A stretch of 64,000 nucleotides of DNA, from positions 9,045,408-9,109,407 of the forward strand of contig OZ037771.1 in the NCBI GenBank assembly GCA_964035545.1. The letters are read 5' to 3'. Both the position numbers and the translations under genes were made by a program. Source of the stretch: Bugula neritina (lineage: Eukaryota > Animalia > Bryozoa). The notes beneath the pieces were generated by a model. It did not search any database, was not told the origin of the DNA, and was given only the letters and a program-made list of their open reading frames with translations. Positions 23,001-35,391 of this stretch are shown here, piece after piece (within the stretch, counting starts at the first letter, position 1; each line of letters starts with the position of its first letter).

Positions 23001-25101
23001 CGTCAGTAAAGGTCTGTCTATAGCACAGCAGGTGTACTTTCAGTTTCTCTAATTCACATATGATTATTTTAAGTACATTGTATTCTATAAGATCAATTTA
23101 AGGTTTAGTCCAGCGTTCAGTATCTAATTATTATGCATGTATGTTGTCTTACTGTTGAACAAAAGTTAAAAAACAACTTTACACTTATAGCCATATTTAT
23201 TATACATGCGTAGGATTTGCATAAATTGACAAAAAAAATTGCAACAAAACAGGGTTGAACTATGACCAACCAACTCGTCGCTGACGCCTCTAACCTCTGG
23301 ACCACGCAGTCATCGTTAATGAGACACGCACTATATGAGTCACTATCATTACATAAATATTTCGCGCGCAAACGGGTTATAATTATTAGGCTGTCAATTC
23401 ATGTTGATAGCAGTCAACTGTTGCAATAGTCTCGGGTTACTAGCAAAGCTAATGGTTTTGAACAAATAACCCAAAAGTTTAAAAATAAGTAGCTTGCGTA
23501 TTACTAGCTACAAAAACAGGTCTGAAATAGACTGGTAAAGCAAGCTCTTATTGTAGAGTTTGCAGATGTGCTCTAAAATAAAACTTAAACTGTATGCTAT
23601 TACATAAGTATTTGTATGCGAGAGATAAATAGACATTACTGAGTTTCTGGAAAACAACATACTTGAAGTTAACTTTGACAATGGTGTGTTATTTTCATCA
23701 TAGCTAGCCTATAGCATAAATCTCTAATCATATGAATCTTTATGAAGCCCACAGCTCATGTAAGGGTGGCAATGTAATTTGAAATGAACAATTATGTTGC
23801 TGCATTGTGTCTTAGGTATATTAGAGAGCAGAATTTGGTTTTAATAGCCTACCCCAACGGCATTCTACAATGCAGCTTATATGCTGGCAGTTGTAATAAG
23901 TACTGCCAATAGCAAGGTTACTATCACTGCTAGCTCTGTGCAGTATGTAACCTCTTGAATAATTGCGCCAATTTTAAACTCTTGGAAGTTGGCCAAGTTA
24001 TCATATCGCAGCCAGCCACCGGAGACAAAGCATCAGAGCTATTCATATAATATTATACTGATGCACTTGGTAGCAGAGTGGCTAATCTAATATAGTTCAT
24101 AGTTCAACACCCTTTACTTTGGGAATACAGCCTCTTTTTTTAGGTTTACCTTACAAAGCATGAAAATATCTAAACTGATATTCTGATAATTTAGAGGTAC
24201 ATTTTGAAAACTAGGTTAATTGCACTTGTTTGCACAACAACAATAATAAAATAGATATTATGCAGTATAATAAAAACACACATAATACTATATAATATAT
24301 TATAATGATAATAATATAATATTATAAGTACCATTACTGCATTTTATAAATCACATGGTTGCCAAAAAAATGTATCACAAATTTTGTAATTATACATCAA
24401 AAATAGAACTAGCTAGGCAGCAGGTTAGAATAGAGTAAATTTTTAAAACATGAAATCATGATTTGACTATTGTTTTATTTAGGCCAACCAACCTAGGAAT
24501 ACAAGATTGGGTTTTAGCGGACAGTTTATAACATTTAGCTTTTGAGCCAGCAGCACTGGCACTTGTGAAGTATAGGCAAAGTTAGTGAAGCGAGACTAAC
24601 AAGCACTCAAATACAAGGCATATTGAGACACAATAACAAGTCAGGAGCGTATAAATTGAAAAGAATGTGGAAGGGGGACTATGTTTTTCAACAAGCTATA
24701 ACTTAAACACGAATTGGCTTTTGAAAAAAATAAAAAAGTATATTGGAGAACATAAATTTCTTTATCTTTTCATATTTTTTTTGTTCCTGTGACATTCAAC
24801 CTGTTCGAGCTATCAGTGGAACATTGTTCATATAGAACATAAAGCACCTGGCAAAGAGCCAGAAAATGAAAAGTATGACCTTAAACCAACTGTGCCCGCC
24901 GCGACACCCCAACCGGCAGCCACCCAGCCACTTCGAGTCATACTGGCACGGGTCGGACCAGGCGCCCGGGCCGATTCATCGGACCTGGGCCCCCGGCCCT
25001 CGGCGGCGGGCGAGAAGCAGACGCACCGCCAGCGACGTCCTGCCATGGTACCACCGACCGCCCTAGACATCAGACGTCGGCCCAGTTGGCAGAGGAGGTA
25101 A
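17050..25101 (+). CDS. pol: Gypsy Pol (PR-RT-RNase H-IN) with long C-terminal extension; interrupted by insertion 22338-24894
   Basis: LLDTG protease, YLDD RT, DTDAS RNase H, HHCC + D,D,E integrase, GPY motif. Removing the insert plus one CC restores EEEGEP|AATPQP in frame with ORF 24892-25101. Confidence 0.93.
22338..24894. mobile_element. Non-autonomous CACTA/EnSpm-like DNA transposon nested in Gypsy
   Basis: TIRs CACAGTTAGTTTAAGGTCAT / ATGACCTTAAACCAACTGTG, with imperfect inverted similarity over roughly 150-200 bp; 2-bp CC TSD supported by restoration of the host reading frame; AT-rich, no transposase ORF. Confidence 0.85.
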
Positions 25102-25464
25102 ACCAGTTACGCCGGCAGCTCCGCAGGTATGAGGAGGAGCTGGGGCAGCTCAGGAGACGAGTTAGCCGCCTAAAGCGGGGCCGATCTGGAGACCGCCGCT
25201 GAGACTATTTGTATAGTATTTTCTTTCCTATTCTTATTTCTTTGTTTTTTTTATATATGTGTGTAAGTTTTTCGTGTAATGTATGTACCTATTCATGCTC
25301 TGTTTTCTTGTGTGTGCACAATTTTCCCTGTTTTTTTGTTATCATTGTATTATTAATGTCACTGCATGTTTACCGTATTGTCTTTTTTTTTGTGTTACTT
25401 ATCAACTGTGTGTTTTATTGTCGTGTCATTCCCTGTTGTGTGTTTGTGTTGCGTGCGCCTCTTT

Positions 25465-25486
25465 ATCGGAAAGCATGCTTTCCGAT
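25465..25486. repeat. Perfect 22-bp palindrome immediately 5' of the Gypsy PPT
   Basis: ATCGGAAAGCATGCTTTCCGAT is its own reverse complement. Confidence 0.9.
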
Positions 25487-25496
25487 GGGGGGTGTG

Positions 25497-25895
25497 TGTG
25501 GTAAATTTATGTTGTGTGCATGTGTCCTTTGTTGCCGAGATCAGCACTTCGGTCCTCCGAAACACCGATATGCCGATTCTCGGCATATCGGAATACCGAA
25601 GTGCCGAAATGCCAGATTCGGCATTTCGGATTCCCGAAGTGCCGATATTCGGCATTTCGGTGTTTCGGAGGACCGATCTCGGCAAACAAAGGAATGTCTT
25701 TGTCCTGCATATATATAAAAGCCAGCGAGTTCCAGTGTAGTTCAGTCTACTACTGGAGCTCGCTGGATAAAGACCATTGATTCACTCGGACTATACTACA
25801 ATAAAGTTATCTACCTTCTACCTTATTTCTCGCCTTGTTTCTCATAACAAGCATGTAAAGCACTAGTTTCATTCACAACCCACAAAATTTTCACA
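25497..25895 (+). repeat. 3' LTR (399 bp)
   Basis: Matches the 5' LTR; followed by TSD CTAT. Confidence 0.95.
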
Positions 25896-26638
25896 CTATG
25901 ACAATAATAAAGAAATGCATGATTCTCATAGAAATCTTATATCTACTAATTATAGTTAATAAGATGTGAACTCTATGAGACATTATTACATCCTGTCTGC
26001 TTTCAGTATAACAATATTGAATTCTATAAACATTTACAAAAGCAAGATATATATAAAAGCAAAGATGTATATAATATATATGTGTACTACTAAGCATTTC
26101 TCTAATGGTAGATTTACTTCAGTCAGCTAAGTTTTTTGCATCGTAAACATTTTGACCAAACCTGATTAGAGGTTTCAAAACCCTACCTACTTGAGTCACT
26201 GTGCTATGCCCACTAGAAACACTGTGTCTGTTTGTTCCCTGAACTGAACTCGAATTGGGTGTATTATTGAAAACAGGGTCATTTACTCTAGCAACTCGAG
26301 TTAGGTTGGTGGGTGGTGTAATTCACGCTACCCCAGAACCTAGCTGTAATAGAGTTTTTCAAATTTTCAAGCAAGACTGATTGCGTCAAAAAATCCTACA
26401 ATCATGGAGCCTAACTATAATATTCATAGCGTGGGTTTATATATATATAAATCGTATCATGTATTATATTCTTTAGTAGATTTAAACATTTTGTCTGAAG
26501 AGTGTATATATTAATGTGCACGAAACTATTAGTAATAAAATGTTTTATCAAATTTAACTGTGACATTTTAACTCTACTTTATGATATGCTCTGTTTTAAA
26601 CATTGAGCTCTTTTTAGCAGCGCACTATATCTCACAGT

Positions 26639-26736
<98 letters not shown>

Positions 26737-26748
26737 ATATATATATAT
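26639..26748. repeat. (CA)n(TA)n microsatellite
   Basis: Direct reading. Confidence 0.95.
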
Positions 26749-26751
26749 CAA

Positions 26752-26798
26752 TCTGTGGACAGCAGCTGTTTCGGGGTTTGTCCCCTCATCAGCACAGA
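26752..26798 (-). ncRNA. Type I minimal hammerhead ribozyme (Penelope-like element type)
   Basis: Minus strand UCUGUG-CUGAUGA-GGGG-ACAAA-CCCC-GAAA-CAG-CUG-CUG-UC-CACAGA: intact core, 6-bp stem I, 4-bp stem II, short stem III, GUC cleavage triplet. Confidence 0.9.
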
Positions 26799-28731
26799 AC
26801 AGAGTACCATGGCCCACACCTTCGCAATAGTAGAAACTTATGATATATATATATTTATATATATATATATCATCGATGCATGTTGAAATCTTTTGAGTAC
26901 CGACCAAATGAGTTTGCTATTGATCTGGCGGTAATCACTAAATATATGTAAAAAAGGAATAAGATTCTGTAAATGTATTTTAAAATCACAAAAATATGGG
27001 GATGATTAAAACATGTAATGTAAAATTTCTTGTTTGAAGTCAATTATGTAACACATGTTTCAAAGTAGTGCTTCATTGTATAAAGTCTTCTTATCTTTAT
27101 TGCTACCATTAATTTCATTTCTCCAAAGTATATTCTGCAGTTTAGACAATCCTTGCAGTGACATACACCAGTGCACTGCATTTAAGGTCAGGTCAGGTCA
27201 GGTTGATCGCCAACCTGCTATTGGTAACCATGTAATCCAGTACTACCTGTTGCATGGGTCAGGCCGTCGGCGACTAAACCGACAACTCCTCTTTTAGAGA
27301 AACCTGGGGGAACTAAAAACAATATCCACCAGGAAACATCTCAGGAATTCTGACAGCACTACCATCAGCTGGTAAGGGCGGATGAGTTTCTTACAGACCA
27401 ACGGCTGTCCATTGCAACTTATTATATCCCAAATTGTCGAGGTATTCGTGCCATTGGATCAGGGTATGACAAGCCAAGCCAGTGGCTCTCTGTAGTGCAT
27501 CATGAGAACCACGTTAATCCACGCACAGCATTCTGCCTGCAAACACTCACCGACAAAGTCCTATGGCGATTAGAAGGTAGCGACGGGGACAGGGTAGTGA
27601 AGCCTAGAAGTCCTCAGCTCCAAACTAGCACATAGGTGGTGAAAGCTCGTCAGTCGCTCATCTCTTGGATTGGACAGGAGAGATGTTCGGTTATGGCTTT
27701 CATGACTGAGCAGCCCTTTTTAGGGACCGCCCTGCTCACCTCAATCCGAGAAAGGGACTAGAAAATGTGTCCCAGACATGGTCTGTTCAACCTCAACCTG
27801 GTTGAAATACCGCGTCCAGATGGTTCACCTTCATGCGGTAGAAAATAGCATATGACATTGGCAACATGGAACGTTCGAACACTTATGGATAATAAGAGCA
27901 GCGACAGACCTGAGAGGCATACTGCATTTGTGGCGCGTGAACTCAGAAGACTGAACATTGATATCGCTGCACTTCAAGAGACTAGACTCGCAGATGAGGG
28001 TCAGTTGACTGAGGTGGGTGGCGACTATACATTCTATTGGAAAGGAAAAGAGGCAGATGACCACAGGCTGTATGGAGTGGGTTTTGCTGTCAAGAATAAA
28101 CTGGTAAAGCACATGGATCATCTTCCTGTTGGAATCTCGGATCGACTGATGACTCTGCAAATAAACACTGGAAATAACAGGAAAGCTACCCTGGTCAGCG
28201 CATATGCTCCAACGTTTTTGGCTGAACAGGCTGACAAGGAGCTATTCTACTCAACTCTTGATCACGCAGTGTGACAGATCACAATTGCTGACAAGGTTGT
28301 TCTACTGGGAGACTTCAACGCAAGAGTTGGTACTGACAGTGAGACTTGGAAAGGGGTTATCGGCAAAGACGGTATTGGTAATGTAAATGCAAATGGTCTG
28401 ATGCTTCTCAGCAAATGTGCAGAACTTGGACTTATAATCACAAACACCATGTTCAAACAGAAGAATAGGCGTAAAACTTCTTGGAGACACCCACGTCCTG
28501 GTCACTGGCACCTAATAGACTACATAATTACCAGATGCAGAAATTTGGCTGATGTGAAGATTACGAAGGCTATCGATTCATCAGACAGCTGCTGGACAGA
28601 CCGCAGACTTTTAAAAGCTTTGTTGAGCTTTTCAATTTAGCCCACATATCGCCAAGTGAAACACACACCACGACCACAGTTTAATGTCAGACTCCTGCAA
28701 CAACTGGCAGTGAGACAAAACGCGAGACAAA

Positions 28732-28842
28732 ATGTACATTATATGTTATTTAATTTTATTAACCGTATTTCATGAGTTAAAACTGAAAAGTAAGAAGAAA
28801 ATGAAATACGGTTAATAAAATTAAATAACATATAATGTACAT
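28732..28842. repeat. Perfect 42-bp inverted repeat with 27-nt spacer
   Basis: 28732-28773 is the exact reverse complement of 28801-28842; lies at the left junction of the insertion in the RTE. Confidence 0.9.
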
Positions 28843-29351
28843 AGTAACATCACGCAATAATACAAGTATAAAAGTAAAAGTAAAAAAGTAGTAATTATTT
28901 CAACTTGAACTTGACAAGATTTAAAGCTTTCAGCAACAAATATAAACGCCGTATGAGTTAGGCTATTACGGAAGTAGTGTTAGCTACCAAACAGTCCCAA
29001 TCTGTAATTGCCCACGTTTATATGAACTTATTCTCGACCCGGTCGAGCTCACACCCGACTGGGCCGTATCATTTGTGAAATGTCATTTTTAGAAATGTCT
29101 TTTTTCTAAAAGTCAATTTATTAGTTGTCAATTTGGGAATTGTCAATTTGGGAATTGTCTTTTTTGAAGTAGGTGTTTTTGAATTGTCATTTGTAAAATG
29201 TCGCGGATTCTTTTTATGCCTTCATGCCAGTCTGATGCTTTCTCCACTGACTGTTGTAGTTCTCACTAGTCATTTTTGATTTTTGATTAAACTTTCACTA
29301 TCACAACTTTATATATTATATAATTCTAACTCTCCCCAGGAAGGGTAATTT

Positions 29352-29658
29352 TGTTATAATTTTTCGTATTTGGGTTGATATGCAATCCAGAGAGTCTAAT
29401 TACTTGCTAGAGAACTTCACCAGGATAAGTCGAGTGAACGAGTATATATTTTAAGCACAAGAACACATTACAAAAACTATACAAATACATTCAATAATTC
29501 CACACATCTAGATTATTCAACACTCTAACTTCGACTGACTAACAGCGGAAAAACTACTATTGCTACTGACCACTTAAGCCGCTAATTGGCTGTCATTGTT
29601 CCGGGTCAATTACGCGACCCTGCGTATTGTGCTGCTGGAGGCTCCACGAGCCACCACA
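29352..29658 (-). mobile_element. Putative solo LTR within the RTE insertion
   Basis: TGT...ACA ends, near-TSD ATTT/ATAT, LTR-like size; no second copy in the window. Confidence 0.35.
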
Positions 29659-31959
29659 ATATAGGTATGTCAAACATTGTTTTGCAACAATTTTGTAATT
29701 TTTGTATGTTTCATTTTTCTTTCAATAATGTCTTTATTATCAAATCGTATTATTGCATTATTGTAGTTTCACGTTGGTTACCAGTTGGTTTCAATAAACA
29801 TCAGCATAAATCCAGCAGTGCAACCTGTTATAAATAAACTGGGGCAGAGTTACACATACCATGCAGTGAGAGCAGATGTGCAGAGATGTATCCAGAAGAT
29901 GCAGAATGACTGGTGGACCGAAAAATCAATGGAATTGCAGAACTTAGCAGACCAAAACAAGACTAGAGAGTTTTTTGCAGAAACCAGAAAACTGTGTGGA
30001 CCAACGTCTCGAGGATCAGCTCCAATCAAGGACAAAGACGGTGTACTTTACAAGGATAAGGATGATATCAGGCAATGTTGGAAAGAACATTTTTCACGCC
30101 TCCTGAACCAGACCTCTACAGTTGACGATACAAGTCTGCGGAAGCTCCCTCAGCTGCAGTACCATGACCAGATGTTAAAAGAGCCATCTTTTCTGGAATT
30201 GAAATCTGCAATAAAAGTGATGAAATGTGGGAAAGCTGCTAGTGCTGATGAAATACCTGCAGAGGTTTTCAAACATGGAGGCTCTGAACTCAGCAGGAGA
30301 CTGCACAAGCTCTTCTTGCGTATCTGGACAACTGAGAGTATACCAGACGATCTACGTGACGCACTGATTGTGACTATTTTTAAAAAAGGTTATAAGACAC
30401 TCTGTGGTAACTACAGAGGCATATCTCTCCTATCGATAACTGGTAAGATCTTAGCCAGGATTCTATGTACAAGACTTTAACACATAGCAGAAGGCATTCT
30501 CCCCGAATCTCAGTGCGGCTTCCAACCAGGTAGAAGCACAGTAGATATGATCTTTGCTGCAAGGCAGATCCAGGAGAAGTGTACAGAACAGCACCAGGAC
30601 CTGTACATGGCCTTTATCCATCTGACAAAAGCTTTTGATACTGTGGACAGAACATCCCTCTGGACTATACTTGGAAAGATTGGATGTCCCCTGAAGTTTG
30701 TGACCATGGTCCATTTCCTTTATGATCAGATGGAAGCATCTATCCTAGTCGATGGCCAAAAATCAGAATCATTCAGGGTGCAAACTGGTGTTAAACAGGA
30801 CTGTGTTACAGCTCCACTGCTGTTCTCCATCTCCTTGTTTGCTGTGTTCTACCTTGTGAAACAAAAACTTTCTACAGGCATCAGACTAAACTATAGTATC
30901 GGGCACTTGTTTAACCTGCAAAGACTGCGCGCCAAGACACTAACATCAGAGACATCAGTCCTTGAGTTGCAGTATGCTGATGACAATGCTCTAGCGGCGG
31001 GTTCTAAAGAACATCTTCAAGCTGCCATGGCTGCATTCAAGAAGGCCTACAACTCTCTTGGACTGAAGCTAAATGCAAAGAAGACACAAGTTATCTGCCA
31101 ACCAAAACCAGGAAAAAATGTTGACCCTCCCACTATTGTTGCTGGGGGTGAAACATTGTGCCCTGTTGACAATTTTGTGTACTTAGGAAACAACCTGTCA
31201 TCAAAGGCGTATCTGAGGAGAGAGATTGACAGACGGCTTCAAGCTGCTAGTATTGCTTACAGCAAGTTGAAGCAGAGAGTCTTTGACAACCCTAACCTGC
31301 AGGTAAGCACAAAGCTGAAAGTGTACAAGGCTGTCATTATACCAACACGTCTGTATGCATCTGAGACATGGGCTACCTATGGTACTGACATAAAGAAGCT
31401 AGAAAATCATCATATGAGAAAATTGCGAGGAATACTGAACATCAAATGGACTGACAAGCGCACTAATAACAGAGTATACTAACAAACAAAGATTCCAAGC
31501 CTTGAAAGCCTCATCATCAAAAACAGATTTCGTTGGTCGGGACATGTAGTGAGAATGAAAGAACACAGACTTCCTAAACATATCCTTTATGAAGAGCTAC
31601 GAATAGGTAAAAGATTGCAAGGAGGACAGAGGAAGCGCTTTAAAAACTGTCGCAAAAACAGTATGTAGCGCTCTCACATCAGAACAGAGACCTGGAAGTG
31701 GAATGCCGCAAGGAGGACCAGATGGAGATCTATGGTTTATAAAGGCATGCAAATCTTTGAAGAAGAAAGAATGCGACACAGATCGAAGACGAACTCAGAG
31801 CTGACCGTAAGAAGGCTTAGCTCAACAGACACACCGAGTGATGACCTCAAATGCTCCCACTGTGACCGCATATGCAGATCACTGATAGGACTCAAAAGTC
31901 ATCAAGCTACTCACAAACAGCTGTAGGCAGACATCATACTTTACTTAGAGGGATAGCAA

Positions 31960-32135
<176 letters not shown>

Positions 32136-33051
32136 TGTAGTGAAATTAGCGCTATTTCGCTCAGCTATTTTAGCTACACTAAGAAAAGCTTTCTACAGCA
32201 CAGCGAGTGCTAACTCTGGCACTTGGCAATAGTTGGTGCTAGTGAACTGGTGTAATTTTAAGAGAGCAAAATAAGTAAGTTATTTACATTAATTCTATTG
32301 TTTCCTTTTTTTGTTTATTGTTTATTGTTTATTTATGTTTATCCTGATCATGTAAGTTTGAATTGCAATAATTGTAGTCTTGACGGTGTCAATAGGATGT
32401 CAATAGAAGTACAATAAAACATAATAAAGAACATCAGTGAAGAGTTAATGCTCAACTCAAAGCCTAGTTCACTACAGTCAAGATTATTTTGCTCTCTTAA
32501 AATATGAAATATATATACATGAAATACCAAAAAATGTTTTGCGTGCTGCTAAGGCACTTGGGCTGCTGTCAATAGACTTTACAATGCCAACTTCTATGTG
32601 TATCATCAACATGCTGCGCAAAAGTCGTATCAAATATTGCTACATGTAGTCTTTTATAAGCTCATGTTGAACTACATAGTGTAAAAACGAACATTTCCAT
32701 AGAAAAAAAGACAAAGTATTTATTGACTTGAGTATAAGTTTGTATAATGCAGCAGTACATGGTTGATCAGAGTATAAATAAGTATTAAAGAGTTGCATTC
32801 ATTGTCTTTGCATTGGTTTGCAAGTTAAGAATCTTGGTGGTTTATGTTCAAAAGAAAGAAACAAAAAATTTAAGTAAATTTCCAATTTGTGTTTGTAGCA
32901 TTACTTTAGTCTATTTGTTTATTCGTGCTTTATCATTTCATATGTTTAATAAATCCTAGCTTATAGCCAATAGAAAAGAATGTGTGTATATTACTGATAG
33001 TACAGTATGCTGAACTATAGTTGTAATACATATAGAGTTTGTGTGTTACAG

Positions 33052-34857
33052 GCAGGTTACAAGGCAGAGGCAGTGAAGTCATGTAATGAAGTGCTAACTC
33101 TGGATAGTCATAGTGTAGATGCTCTGTGTGATCTTGCAGACTTGTATATACTAGACCAAGATTATGAAACAGGTAAGAGTTGGTTTCTCTCTGCACATCT
33201 GGTCGCTGCATCACCACTATTACACTCGGAGTAGAGTAAGAATAAAGCAACTGATACTGCCCAGACATAGCAAAACTATCTTCAGTGTACATGTGCGCTA
33301 CTGGTATTTGTAGCTATTGAATATTTCCAAAAGGCCCTTGGTATCTCAGAGGGACACTACAGAGCTAAGGAAGGCATGGAGAAAGCTCAAAAGTTGTTAA
33401 AGCAATCAAAAAAGAGGGACTATTATAAAATATTAGGAGTTCCAAGGTTTGATAATATTGCTACTACCTCTGCTTTTAGAACAACGTTGAATGAATACGA
33501 CTATTGTTACTGCTTTCTAGTTAGTTGAAAGAAATATTGTGTAAAGTATGAGTAAATATGTAGACTGTAATGCTGTTGACTGCACATTTACCGTTCAGGA
33601 GCAGTAGTGGAGAAGTTGAAATAGCCTAGGTTTTTTAATTTCTTCAGTAAATTTTGGTTTGAGGTGCAGGTTGGAACTCTTGCGGGAACTTCTTTTGTTA
33701 CATTACAAATCCAGAACACAGGCTTTTCTCAATTTCTCCATTATTGCACCTACCTCACATTTACACATCTATACACTTCTATACACATCTATACACATCT
33801 ATACACATCTATACACTTCTATACACATCTATACACATCTATACACATCTATACACATCTATACATACATACACATTATTGTGAGCACTTATTTTCAAAA
33901 CATTTACCAAAATTCTATATAAAAACTACCTTTGAAAGTTAGATCATTATCATTGAGTATTTCTCATTGCAAATTCATCTTGGGTTGTAATAACAGTCTT
34001 CAAGCAAATTCATTGCTCATGTTTTGGAGGAAAGTATTGAAATTTGCCAGCTTCTGTCACACAGAATTTACCTAGTAATAAGTGTAAGTTCACTAGAGCA
34101 TTGTTTGCAAGGCTTCATTCTGCTACCTTGTTTATTTATCTAGAAATGCCCACAAAAAAGATATATTAAAAGCATATAGAAAATTGGCCATGGTTTGGCA
34201 CCCTGACAAGTTTGAATTGGAGGAAGAAAAGAAGGAAGCAGAGAAGAAATTCATGGACATTGCGGCAGCAAAAGAAGTTCTAACAGACCCCGGTAGGTGC
34301 TCACTCCTCTAATATGGTATTCCTCTAGCACCCCCTACCTCTCTTTCATCTACCTCTTGTGGACATCCGCCAACCTCTGTGTGTTGTATAACTACTTGAA
34401 AGGAGAAAGTTGCTAGTTGTTTGCTGAGCAGTTACGTACTACAAACTCATTGCTATGTATGCCTGTGGTGTTCACTTGACTTATGTAGTAATGCAAGTAT
34501 CTCCAGCTACTATCATTTCTCACCCACACATAGTAGGCATAAAGCTCAGTTCTGTAAACTCTTTTGGTGTACATTATATGTATCGGAATGCTTTTGCTTG
34601 GAACAAATACAAGAATTGAGTTTAAATTAGAGTTGTGCTCTCTTCACATGAACTAATTTTCATAGGTAACAAATATCATGACTTTATGGTTAAATATGTG
34701 TTGAATTTCTGTTGTAGAAGCCAGACAGAAGTTTGATAATGGAGAAGACCCTTTGGATCCTGAACAGCAGCAAGGCCAGGGAGGTCATGGCCATCCATTC
34801 TTCCATGGCTTCAACCCCTTTGGCAGTGGTGGAAGTTTTAAATTCCACTTCAACTGA
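33052..34857 (+). pseudogene. DNAJC3: Partial DNAJC3 copy (exons 33052-33172, 33314-33446, 34144-34292, 34718-34857); no 5' exons, but frames and splice sites intact
   Basis: Near-identical to exons 7-10; only H>Y and P>H changes seen plus silent changes; stop TGA. Confidence 0.85.
33762..33875. repeat. 10-bp tandem repeat (ATACACATCT)n
   Basis: Expanded relative to the (CA)n at 9043-9061 in the paralogous intron. Confidence 0.9.
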
Positions 34858-35391
34858 TATTAGGATTCCAATTTTTTAGATGAGGAGCTGCCTATGCATG
34901 CTTATTGTGTAACTGTAACGATCTCAACCTTCAAATACCTTTTGCAATCAATGTTGCACAATACCACAGAACAACTTGAGGAAGTTAATTGTGTAGCTCA
35001 CATCCTTATATTATCATATTATATTAATATTAATTTTTTGTGAATAATTTAATGAAATACAAATTTTGTGTAAAAATATCTGCTGATTTTTGTAAGTGAA
35101 GTAACACACAGAAAATGTTTGATGACATATCAAAAGATCCTAAAGATAACTGTTCATAAATGTTGAACATTCAAACTCTTGAATGCTAAAAGTCAGTAAT
35201 TGTTGGCCATCAACAATAAATTGATAGTACTAAGCAGAAAGTACTAGTAACTTGGTATATAACGTGGTTTATAATATTTAGTAGATTAGCTACAAGCTAA
35301 CCTGAGGTGATTGGCTACCTGCCCTACAAGTATTTGAATTTCTTACCAGCTACAAGAGGACTTCATTACAAACTATTGAGTGAGTTGAACC

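Larger units (their letters stand above)
15382..25895 (+). mobile_element. Full-length Ty3/Gypsy LTR retrotransposon (disrupted)
   Basis: LTRs 15382-15772 and 25497-25895 (TG...CA); TSD CTAT (15378-15381, 25896-25899); PBS 15774-15791; G tract 25487-25492; gag then PR-RT-RH-IN order. Confidence 0.98.

Noticed and set aside
22338-24894. CACAGT termini resembling RAG/Transib recombination signal heptamers
   Set aside because: No 5-bp TSD (GAGCC vs CCCGC), no nonamer seen and no RAG1/Transib ORF; a 2-bp TSD fits CACTA/EnSpm.
27185-27320. HDV-like ribozyme at the RTE 5' end (known in some RTEs)
   Set aside because: Several hairpins are visible, but I could not assemble the nested double pseudoknot by eye; needs an RNArobo/Infernal search.
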